A stretch of 64,000 bases of DNA from Eledone cirrhosa (lineage: Eukaryota), in the NCBI GenBank assembly GCA_964016885.1, contig OZ024740.1, forward strand, positions 253,952,001 to 254,016,000, written 5' to 3'. Below are positions 1 to 12,694 of the stretch, piece by piece (the first letter of the stretch is position 1; every line of letters begins with the position of its first letter). The position numbers and the translations under genes were made by a program. The notes under the pieces are model-generated. The model was not told where the DNA came from. It saw only the letters and a list, made by a program, of their open reading frames with translations, and ran no database searches.

Positions 1-3000
1 CTGCCACTGCCACTGCCACTGCCACTGTCACTGCCACTGTCACTGCCACTGCCATTGCCACTGCCACTGTCACTGTCACTGCCACTGCCACTGTCACTGT
101 CACTGCCACTGTCACTGCCACTGTCACTGCCACTGTCACTGTCACTGCCACTGTCACTGCCACTGCCACTGCCACTGTCACTGCCACTGTCACTGCCACT
201 GCCACTGCCACTGCCACTGTCACTGCCACTGCCACTGTCACTGTCACTGCCACTGTCACTGTCACTGCCACTGTCACTGCCACTGTCACTGCCACTGTCA
301 CTGTCACTGTCACTGCCACTGTCACTGCCACTGCCACTGTCACTGCCACTGTCACTGCCACTGCCACTGCCACTGCCACTGTCACTGTCACTGCCACTGC
401 CACTGCCACTGCCACTGCCACTGTCACTGCCACTGTCACTGCCACTGTCACTGCCACTGTCACTGCCACTGTCACTGCCACTGTCACTGCCACTGCCACT
501 GCCACTGCCACTGTCACTGTCACTGCCACTGTCACTGCCACTGTCACTGTCACTGCCACTGTCACTGCCACTGTCACTGTCACTGCCACTGTCACTGCCA
601 CTGTCACTGTCACTGCCACTGTCACTGCCACTGTCACTGTCACTGCCACTGTCACTGCCACTGTCACTGCCACTGCCACTGCCACTGCCACTGTCACTGC
701 CACTGTCACTGCCCCTGCCACTGTCACTGCCACTGTCACTGCCACTGTCACTGCCACTGCCACTGCCACTGTCACTGTCACTGCCACTGTCACTGTCACT
801 GTCACTGCCACTGCCACTGTCACTGCCACTGTCACTGCCACTGCCACTGCCACTGCCACTGCCACTGTCACTGCCACTGCCACTGCCACTGTCACTGCCA
901 CTGCCACTGTCACTGCCACTGCCACTGTCACTGCCACTGCCACTGTCACTGCCACTGTCACTGCCACTGTCACTGCCACTGCCACTGTCACTGCCACTGC
1001 CACTGTCACTGCCACTGCCACTGCCACTGTCACTGCCACTGCCACTGTCACTGTCACTGCCACTGCCACTGTCACTGCCACTGCCACTGTCACTGTCACT
1101 GCCACTGTCACTGCCACTGCCACTGCCACTGTCACTGCCACTGCCACTGTCACTGCCACTGCCACTGTCACTGCCACTGTCACTGCCACTGTCACTGCCA
1201 CTGTCACTGCCACTGCCACTGTCACTGCCACTGTCACTGCCACTGCCACTGTCACTGCCACTGCCACTGTCACTGCCACTGTCACTGCCACTGCCACTGC
1301 CACTGTCACTGCCACTGCCACTGTCACTGCGACTGTCACTGTCACTGCCACTGCCACTGCCACTGTCACTGCCACTGTCACTGTCACTGCCACTGCCACT
1401 GTCACTGCCACTGTCACTGCCACTGCCACTGTCACTGTCACTGCCACTGTCACTGCCACTGCCACTGCCACTGTCACTGCCACTGCCACTGTCACTGCCA
1501 CTGCCACTGCCACTGTCACTGCCACTGCCACTGTCACTGCCACTGTCACTGCCACTGTCACTGCCACTGCCACTGCCACTGCCACTGTCACTGACACTGT
1601 CACTGCCACTGTCACTGTCACTGCCACTGTCACTGCCGCTGTCGCTGCCACTGTCACTGTCACTGCCACTGCCACTGTCACTGCCACTGTCACTGTTACT
1701 GCCACTGTCACTGCCACTGCCACTGTCACTGCCACTGTCACTGCCACTGTCACTTCCACTGTCACTGTCACTGCCACTGTCACTGTCACTGCCACTGCCA
1801 CTGCCACTGTCACTGCCACTGTCACTGTCACGGCCACTGTCACTGCCACTGCCACTGTCACTGCCACTGCCACTGTCACTGCCACTGTCACTGCCACTGT
1901 CACTGCCACTGCCACTGTCACTGTCACTGCCACTGTCACTGCCACTGTCACTGCCACTGTCACTGCCACTGCCACTGTCACTGCCACTGCCACTGTCACT
2001 GCCACTGTCACTGCCACTGCCACTGTCACTGCCACTGTCACTGCCACTGTCACTGCCACTGCCACTGTCACTGCCACTGTCACTGTCACTGCCACTGTCA
2101 CTGACACTGCCACTGTCACTGCCACTGTCACTGCCACTGTCACTGTCACTGCCACTGCCACTGTCACTGCCACTGTCACTGTCACTGCCACTGTCACTGC
2201 CACTGTCACTGCCACTGTCACTGCCACTGTCACTGCCACTGCCACTGCCACTGCCACTGTCACTGCCACTGTCACTGCCACTGTCACTGCCACTGTCACT
2301 GCCACTGCCACTGCCACTGTCACTGCCACTGCCACTGTCACTGCCACTGTCACTGCCACTGCCACTGTCACTGCCACTGTCACTGTCACTGCCACTGTCA
2401 CTGCCACTGCCACTGTCACTGCCACTGTCACTGCCAGTGCCACTGCCACTGTCACTGCCACTGTCACTGTCACTGCCATTGTCACCGTCACTGCCACCGT
2501 CACTGCCACTGCCACTGTCACTGCCACTGTCACTGCCACTGTCACTGTCACTGCCACTGCCACTGCCACTGTCACTGCCACTGTCACTGCCACTGCCACT
2601 GTCACTGCCACTGCCACTGTCACTGCCACTGTCACTGCCACTGTCACTGCCACTGCCACTGTCACTGCCACTGTCACTGCCGCTGTCACTGCCCCTGCCA
2701 CTGTCACTGCCACTGTCACTGCCACTGTCACTGCCACTGCCACTGCCACTGTCACTGCCACTGTCACTGCCACTGTCACTGTCACTGCCACTGTCACTGT
2801 CACTGCCACTGTCACTGTCACTGCCACTGCCACTGTCACTGCCACTGCGACTGCCACTGTCACTGCCACTGTCACTGCCACTGTCACTGCCACTGCCACA
2901 GCCACTGTCACTGCCACTGTCACTGCCACTGCCACTGCCACTGTCACTGCCACTGTCACTGTCACTGCCACTGTCACTGCCACTGCCACTGTCACTGCCA

Positions 3001-6000
3001 CTGCCACTGTCACTGCCACTGTCACTGCCACTGCCACTGTCACTTCCACTGTCACTGTCACTGCCACTGTCACTGCCACTGTCACTGTCACTGCCACTGC
3101 CACTGTCACTGCCACTGTCACTGTCACGGCCACTGCCACTGTCACTGCCACTGCCACTGTCACTGCCACTGTCACTGCCACTGTCACTGTCACTGCCACT
3201 GCCACTGTCACTGTCACTGCCACTGTCACTGCCACTGTCACTGCCACTGTCACTGCCACTGCCACTGTCACTGCCACTGTCACTGCCACTGCCACTGTCA
3301 CTGCCACTGTCACTGCCACTGCCACTGTCACTGCCACTGTCACTGCCACTGTCACTGCCACTGCCACTGTCACTGCCACTGTCACTGCCACTGTCACTGC
3401 CACTGTCACTGCCACTGCCACTGCCACTGTCACTGCCACTGTCACTGCCACTGTCACTGCCACTGCCACTGCCACTGCCACTGTCACTGCCACTGTCACT
3501 GCCACTGTCACTGTCACTGCCACTGTCACTGCCACTGTCACTGTCACTGCCACTGTCACTGCCACTGTCACTGCCAGTGTCACTGCCACTGTCACTGCCA
3601 CTGTCACTGCCACTGCCACTGTCACTGTCACTGCCACTGTCACTGTCACTGCCACTGTCACTGTCACTGCCACTGTCACTGTCACTGCCACTGCCACTGT
3701 CACTGCCACTGTCACTGCCACTGTCACTGTCACTGCCACTGCCACTGTCACTGCCACTGCCACTGCCACTGTCACTGCCACTGCCACTGTCACTGCCACT
3801 GTCACTGCCACTGCCACTGCCACTGTCACTGCCACTGTCACTGCCACTGCCACTGTCACTGCCACTGTCACTGCCACTGTCACTGCCCCTGCCACTGTCA
3901 CTGCCACTGTCACTGTCACTGCCACTGCCACTGTCACTGCCACTGTCACTGCCACTGTCACTGTCACTGTCACTGTCACTGCCACTGCCACTGCCACTGC
4001 CACTGTTACTGCCACTGTCACTGCCACTGTCACTGTCACTGCCACTGTCACTGTCACTGCCACTGCCACTGTCACTGCCACTGTCACTGCCACTGTCACT
4101 GCCACTGCCACTGCCACTGTCACTGCCACTGTCACTGCCACTGTCACTGCCACTGCCACTGTCACTGCCACTGTCACTGTCACTGCCACTGTCACTGCCA
4201 CTGCCACTGCCACTGCCACTGTCACTGCCACTGTCACTGCCACTGTCACTGCCACTGTCACTGCCACTGCCACTGTCACTGCCACTGCCACTGTCACTGC
4301 CTCTGTCACTGTCACTGCCACTGTCACTGTCACTGCCACTGCCACTGTCACTGTCACTGCCACTGCCACTGTCACTGTCACTGCCACTGCCACTGCCACT
4401 GTCACTGCCACTGCCACTGCCACTGTCACTGCCACTGCCACTGTCACTGCCACTGTCACTGCCACTGTCACTGCCACTGTCACTGCCACTGCCACTGTCA
4501 CTGCCACTGTCACTGCCACTGTCACTGCCACTGTCACTGTCACTGCCACTGCCACTGTCACTGCCACTGTCACTGCCACTGTCACTGCCACTGTCACTGC
4601 CACTGCCACTGTCACTGCCACTGTCACTGTCACTGCCACTGCCACTGCCACTGTCACTGCCACTGCCACTGTCACTGCCACTGCCACTGTCACTGCCACT
4701 GTCACTGCCACTGCCACTGCCACTGTCACTGCCACTGCCACTGTCACTGCCACTGTCACTGCCCCTGTCACTGCCACTGTCACTGCCACTGCCACTGTCA
4801 CTGCCACTGTCACTGCCACTGCCACTGTCACTGCCACTGTCACTGCCACTGCCACTGTCACTGTCACTGCCACTGTCACTGCCACTGCCACTGTCACTGC
4901 CTCTGCCACTTTCACTGCCACTGTCACTGTCACTGCCACTGTCACTGCCACTGTCACTGCCACTGTCACTGCCACTGTCACTGCCACTGTCATGCCACTG
5001 CCACTGTCACTGCCACTGCCACTGTCACTGCCACTGTCACTGCCACTGTCACTGCCACTGCCACTGCCACTGTCACTGTCACTGCCACTGTCACTGCCAC
5101 TGTCACTGCCACTGTCACTGCCACTGCCACTGCCACTGCCACTGTCACTGCCACTGCCACTGTCACTGCCACTGTCACTGCCACTGTCACTGCCACTGCC
5201 ACTGCCACTGCCACTGTCACTGCCACTGTCACTGCCACTGCCACTGTCACTGCCACTGTCACTGCCACTGCCACTGCCACTGTCACTGCCACTGCCACTG
5301 TCACTGCCACTGTCACTGTCACTGCCACTGCCACTGCCACTGTCACTGCCACTGCCACTGTCACTGCCACTGTCACTGTCACTGCCACTGCCACTGTCAC
5401 TGCCACTGTCACTGCCACTGCCACTGCCACTGTCACTGCCACTGCCACTGTCACTGCCACTGTCACTGCCACTGCCACTGTCACTGCCACTGCCACTGCC
5501 ACTGCCACTGTCACTGCCACTGTCACTGCCACTGCCACTGTCACTGCCACTGTCACTGCCACTGTCACTGCCACTGCCACTGCCACTGCCACTGTCACTG
5601 TCACTGCCACTGCCACTGCCACTGTCACTGCCACTGTCACTGCCACTGTCACTGCCACTGCCACTGTCACTGCCACTGCCACTGTCACTGCCACTGTCAC
5701 TGCCACTGCCACTGTCACTGCCACTGTCACTGCCACTGCCACTGCCACTGCCACTGTCACTGCCACTGCCACTGTCACTGTCACTGCCACTGCCACTGCC
5801 ACTGTCACTGCCACTGCCACTGCCACTGTCACTGCCACTGCCACTGCCACTGCCACTGTCACTGCCACTGCCACTGTCACTGTCACTGCCACTGCCACTG
5901 TCACTGCCACTGCCACTGTCACTGCCACTGCCACTGTCACTGCCACTGTCACTGCCACTGTCACTGCCACTGCCACTGCCACTGCCACTGTCACTGCCAC

Positions 6001-9000
6001 TGCCACTGTCACTGTCACTGCCACTGTCACTGTCACTGCCACTGCCACTGTCACTGCCACTGCCACTGTCACTGCCACTGTCACTGCCACTGCCACTGCC
6101 ACTGTCACTGCCACTGTCACTGCCACTGTCACTGTCACTGCCACTGTCACTGCCACTGCCACTGTCACTGCCACTGTCACTGTCACTGTCACTGCCACTG
6201 TCACTGTCACTGCCACTGCCACTGTCACAGCCACTGCCACTGTCACTGCCACTGCCACTGTCACTGCCACTGCCACTGTCACTGCCACTGTCACTGCCAC
6301 TGTCACTGCCACTGTCACTGCCACTGTTACTGCCACTGTCACTGTCACTGCCACTGCCACTGTCACTGCCACTGCCACTGTCACTGTCACTGCCACTGCC
6401 ACTGTCACTGCCACTGTCACTGCCACTGTCACTGTCACTGCCACTGCCACTGTCACTGCCACTGCCACTGCCACTGTCACTGCCACTGCCACTGCCACTG
6501 TCACTGCCACTGTCACTGCCACTGTCACTGTCACTGCCACTGCCACTGTCACTGCCACTGTCACTGCCACTGTCACTGCCACTGTCACTATCACTGTCAC
6601 TGCCACTGCCACTGTCACTGTCACTGCCACTGTCACTGCCACTGCCACTGTCACTGCCACTGTCACTGTCACTGCCACTGTCACTGCCACTGTCACTGCC
6701 ACTGTCACTGCCACTGCCACTGTCACGGCCACTGCCACTGTCACTGCCACTGTCACTGCCACTGCCACTGCCACTGTCACTGCCACTGTCACTGCCACTG
6801 TCACTGCCACTGTCACTGCCACTGTCACTGCCACTGCCACTGCCACTGTCACTGCCACTGCCACTGTCACTGCCACTGTCACTGCCACTGCCACTGTCAC
6901 TGCCACTGTCACTGCCACTGCCACTGTCACTGCCACTGCCACTGTCAATGCCACTGTCAATGACACTGCCACTGTCACTGCCACTGTCACTGCCACTGTC
7001 ACTGCCACTGTCACTGTCACTGTCACTGCCACTGTCACTGCCACTGTCACTGCCACTGCCACTGCCACTGTTACTGCCACTGTCACTGCCACTGTCACTG
7101 CCACTGTCACTGCCACTGTCACTGCCACTGTCACTGCCACTGTCACTGCCACTGCCACTGTCACTGTCACTGCCACTGTCACTGCCACTGTCACTGTCAC
7201 TGCCATTGCCACTGCCACTCTCACTGCCACTGTCACTGCCACTGCCACTGTCACTGCCACTGTCACTGCCACTGCCACTGTCACTGTCACTGCCACTGTC
7301 ACTGCCACTGCCACTGTCACTGCCACTGTCACTGCCACTCTCACTGCCACTGCCTCTGTCACTGCCACTGTCACTCTCACTGCCACTGCCACTGTCACTG
7401 CCACACTCACTGCCACTGTCACTGCCACTGCCACTGTCACTGTCACTCTCACTGCCACTGTCACTGCCACACTCACTGCCACTGTCACTGCCACTGTCAC
7501 TGCCACTGCCACACTCACTGCCACTCTCACTGCCACTGCCACTGTCACTGCCACTGTCACTGCCACTGCCACTGCCACTGTCACTGTCACTGCCACTGTC
7601 ACTGCCACTGCCACTGCCACTGCCACTGTCACTGCCACTGTCACTGTCACTGCCACTGTCACTGCCACTGTCACTGCCACTGTCACTGCCACTGCCACTG
7701 TCACTGCCACTGCCACTGTCACTGCCACTGCCACTGCGACTGTCACTGCCACTGTCACTGCCACTGCCACTGTCACTGCCACTGTCACTGCCACTGTCAC
7801 TGCCACTGCCACTGTCACTGCCACTGCCACTGTCACTGCCACTGCCACTATCACTGCCACTGTCACTGTCACTGCCATTGCCACTGCCACTCTCACTGCC
7901 ACTGCCACTGTCACTGCCACTGTCACTGCCACTGCCACTGTCACTGCCACTGTCACTGCCACTGCCACTGTCATTGTCACTGCCACTGTCACTGCCACTG
8001 CCACTGTCACTGCCACTGTCACTGCCACTGTCACTGCCACTGTCACTGCCACTGTCACTGCCACTGCCACTGTCACTGCCACTGTCACTGCCACTGCCAC
8101 TATCACTGCCACTGTCACTGTCACTGCCATTGCCACTGCCACTCTCACTGCCACTGCCACTGTCACTGCCACTGTCACTGCCACTGCCACTGTTACTGCC
8201 ACTGTCACTGCCACTGCCACTGTCACTGTCACTGCCACTGTCACTGCCACTGTCACTGCCACTGTCACTGCCACTGCCACTGTCACTGCCACTGTCACTG
8301 CCACTGTCACTCTCACTGCCACTGTCACTGCCACACTCACTGCCACTGTCACTGCCACTGTCACTGCCACTGTCACTGTCACTCTCACTGCCACTGCCAC
8401 TGTCACTGCCACACTCACTGCCACTGCCACTGTCACTGCCACTGCCACACTCACTGCCACTCTCACTGCCACTGTCACTGTCACTGCCACTGCCACTGTC
8501 ACTGCCACTGCCACTGTCACTGTCACTGCCACTGTCACTGCCACTGCCACTGTCACTGCCTCTGCCACTGTCACTGCCACTGCCACTGTCACTGCCACTG
8601 TCACTGCCACTGCCACTGTCACTGCCACTGCCACTGCCACTGTCCCTGCCACTGTCACTGCCACTGTCACTGCCACTGTCACTGTCACTGCCACTGCCAC
8701 TGCCACTGCCACTGCCACTGTCACTGCCACTGTCACTGCCACTGTCACTGTCACTGCCACTGTCACTGCCACTGTCACTGCCACTGCCACTGTCACTGCC
8801 ACTGCCACTGTCACTGTCACTGCCACTGCCACTGCCACTGCCACTGTCACTGCCACTGTCACTGCCACTGTCACTGTCACTGCCACTGTCACTGCCACTG
8901 TCACTGCCACTGTCACTGCCACTGTCACTGCCACTGTCACTGTCACTGTCACTGCCACTGTCACTGCCACTGTCACTGTCACTGCCACTGCCACTGTCAC

Positions 9001-12000
9001 TGCCACTGCCACTGTCACTGCTACTGCCACTGTCACTGCCACTGTCACTGCCACTGTCACTGCCACTGTCACTGTCACTGCCACTGCCACTGTCACTGCC
9101 ACTGCCACTGTCACTGCTACTGCCACTGCCACTGCCACTGTCACTGCCACTGCCACTGTCACTGCCACTGTCACTGTCACTGCCACTGTCACTGCCACTG
9201 TCACTGCCACTGTCACTGCCACTGCCACTGCCACTGTCACTGTCACTGCCACTGTCACTGCCACTGCCACTGTCACTGCCACTGTCACTGCCACTGCCAC
9301 TGTCACTGCCACTGTCACTGCCACTGTCACTGCCACTGCCACTGTCACTGCCACTGTCACTGCCACTGCCACTCCCACTGTCACTGTCACTGTCACTGCC
9401 ACTGCCACTGTCACTGCTACTGCCACTGCCACTGCCACTGTCACTGCCACTGCCACTGTCACTGCCACTGTCACTGTCACTGCCACTGCCACTGCCACTG
9501 TCACTGCCACTGTCACTGCCACTGTCACTGCCACTGTCACTGTCACTGCCACTGTCACTGTCACTGCCACTGCCACTGTCACTGTCACTGCCACTGTCAC
9601 TGTCACTGCCACTGTCACTGCCACTGCCACTGTCACTGCCACTGTCACTGTCACTGCCACTGCCACTGTCACTGTCACTGCCACTGTCACTGTCACTGCC
9701 ACTGTCACTGCCACTGTCACTGTCACTGCCACTGTCACTGTCACTGCCACTGTCACTGCTACTGCCACTGCCACTGCCACTGTCACTGCCACTGCCACTG
9801 CCACTGTCACTGTCACTGCCACTGTCACTGCCACTGCCACTGTCACTGCCACTGTCACTGCCACTGCCACTGTCACTGTCACTGCCACTGTCACTGCTAC
9901 TGCCACTGTCACTGCCACTGTCACTGCCACTGCCACTGCCACTGTCACTGTCACTGCCACTGTCACTGCTACTGCCACTGTCACTGCCACTGTCACTGCC
10001 ACTGCCACTGCCACTGTCACTGTTACTGCCACTGTCACTGCCACTGCCACTGTCACTGCCACTGTCACTGCCACTGCCACTGTCACTGCCACTGTCACTG
10101 CCACTGTCACTGCCACTGCCACTGTCACTGCCACTGTCACTGCCACTGCCACTCCCACTGTCACTGTCACTGTCACTGCCACTGCCACTGTCACTGCTAC
10201 TGCCACTGCCACTGCCACTGTCACTGCCACTGCCACTGTCACTGCCACTGTCACTGTCACTGCCACTGCCACTGCCACTGTCACTGCCACTGTCACTGCC
10301 ACTGTCACTGCCACTGTCACTGTCACTGCCACTGTCACTGTCACTGCCACTGCCACTGTCACTGTCACTGCCACTGTCACTGTCACTGCCACTGTCACTG
10401 CCACTGCCACTGTCACTGCCACTGCCACTGTCACTGTCACTGCCACTGTCACTGTCACTGCCACTGTCACTGCTACTGCCACTGCCACTGCCACTGTCAC
10501 TGCCACTGTCACTGCCACTGCCACTGCCACTGTCACTGCCACTGCCACTGTCACTGCCACTGTCACTGCCACTGTCACTGCCACTGTCACTGCCACTGCC
10601 ACTGCCACTGTCACTGTCACTGCCACTGCCACTGTCACTGTCACTGCCACTGTCACTGTCACTGCCACTGTCACTGCCACTGTCACTGCCACTGTCACTG
10701 CCACTGCCACTGCCACTGTCACTGTCACTGCCACTGTCACTGCCACTGCCACTGTCACTGCCACTGCCACTGTCACTGCCACTGCCACTGTCACTGCCAC
10801 TGTCACTGCCACTGTCACTGTCACTGCCACTGTCACTGCCACTGCCACTGCCACTGTCACTGCCACTGCCACTGTCACTGCCACTGTCACTGCCACTGTC
10901 ACTGTCACTGCCACTGTCACTGTCACTGCCACTGCCACTGTCACTGCCACTGCCACTGTCACTGCCACTGTCACTGCCACTGTCACTGTCACTGCCACTG
11001 TCACTGTCACTGCCACTGCCACTGTCACTGCTACTGCCACTGCCACTGCCACTGTCACTGCCACTGCCACTGTCACTGCCACTGCCACTGTCACTGCCAC
11101 TGCCACTGCCACTGTCACTGCCACTGTCACTGCCACTGTCACTGCCACTGTCACTGCCACTGCCACTGCCACTGTCACTGCCACTGCCACTGTCACTGCC
11201 ACTGTCACTGTCACTGCCACTGTCACTGCCACTGTCACTGCCACTGTCACTGCCACTGCCACTGCCACTGTCACTGTCACTGCCACTGTCACTGCCACTG
11301 CCACTGTCACTGCCACTGCCACTGTCACTGCCACTGCCACTGTCACTGCCACTGTCACTGCCACTGCCACTGTCACTGCCACTGCCACTGCCACTGTCCC
11401 TGCCACTGTCACTGCCACTGTCACTGCCACTGTCACTGTCACTGCCACTGCCACTGTCACTGTCACTGCCACTGCCACTGCCACTGTCACTGCCACTGCC
11501 ACTGTCACTGCCACTGTCACTGCCACTGCCACTGTCACTGCCACTGCCACTGTCCCTGCCACTGTCACTGCCACTGCCACTGCCACTGTCACTGCCACTG
11601 CCACTGCCACTGTCACTGTCACTGCCACTGTCACTGCCACTGCCACTGTCACTGCCACTGCCACTGTCACTGCCACTGCCACTGTCACTGCCACTGTCAC
11701 TGCCACTGTCACTGTCACTGCCACTGCCACTGCCACTGTCACTGTCACTGCCACTGTCACTGCCACTGCCACTGTCACTGCCACTGCCACTGTCACTGCC
11801 ACTGTCACTGTCACTGCCACTGTCACTGCCACTGTCACTGCCACTGCCACTGTCACTGCCACTGCCACTGTCACTGCCACTGCCACTGTCACTGCCACTG
11901 CCACTGCCACTGTCACTGCCACTGCCACTGTCACTGCCACTGCCACTGTCACTGTCACTGCCACTGTCACTGTCACTGCCACTGCCACTGTCACTGTCAC

Positions 12001-12115
12001 TGCCACTGTCACTGTCACTGCCACTGTCACTGCCACTGCCACTGTCACTGCCACTGCCACTGTCACTGCCACTGCCACTGTCACTGCCACTGTCACTGCC
12101 ACTGTCACTGCCACT
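1..12115. repeat. Giant hexamer satellite (CTGYCA)n, about 2,000 units in window, extends past the left edge
   Basis: Continuous irregular mix of CTGCCA and CTGTCA units with rare point variants; one 1-bp phase shift at ~4992. Confidence 0.99.
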
Positions 12116-12190
12116 ATAACCATCATCATCATCACAACCACCACCATCACTATCACCATCATCATCATCATCACCACCATTATCATCCAC
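12116..12190. repeat. (CAT/CAC)n trinucleotide microsatellite abutting the satellite
   Basis: catcatcatcatcacaaccaccaccatcac... Confidence 0.9.
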
Positions 12191-12403
12191 TACAATTTTT
12201 GTGAATGTATATTTTAAACGTCAAACAATATTATTTAATAATTGATTAAATGATTACTTATTAATTAGATTAATTAGATAATAATAAATAATTATCCTAA
12301 GAATCAATTAAGGCTGTCATTGCTGTCCTTCATAGGTAAATATATTTCTACTAAACACAATGTTGTCCAACTATAACCTACATCTAAATTCTGTTTTCTC
12401 TAG

Positions 12404-12554
12404 CTGCCTTCTTGAAGACTTCCTAGAACCACTGACCAATGATAATAAAGTGCCTTTGCTACAATTTGAACCCTTGCCTTTTAACCATCCATTGTTCATT
12501 ATGTATTCATCAGGAACCACTGGTCCTCCAAAATGTATTGTCCATTCTGCTGGG
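12404..12554 (+). CDS. AACS: Acetoacetyl-CoA synthetase coding exon (AMP-binding P-loop)
   Basis: ttctctag acceptor, gtaagc donor; CLLEDFL...[30 protein letters not shown] resembles AACS [23 protein letters not shown]. Confidence 0.95.
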
Positions 12555-12694
12555 GTAAGCTTAACCCTTTTATGACAGGATTTCTAATGAAATACACTCT
12601 ATTTCAATAAATTCAAAAAGACTTTTCAGAGATTTAAAAATTATTTTTTATTACATTACTAAGTATCTTAATATATGGTTCTTATATTTAATTA

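Noticed and set aside
1-12115. Satellite as telomeric repeat, CRISPR array or RSS heptamer array
   Set aside because: Not TTAGGG-like, no unique spacers, and CACTGTC matches the heptamer at only 6/7 with no nonamer
55-12186. Three >2,300-aa ORFs (LP/LS, CH and VA/VT repeats)
   Set aside because: A by-product of a hexamer lacking stops in most frames; starts come from point variants, an indel or the adjacent CAT tract; no domain or splice context
12313-12335. Possible micro-exon (ag gctgtc...catag gtaaat) upstream of the first AACS exon
   Set aside because: No pyrimidine tract and no similarity to the expected upstream AACS peptide
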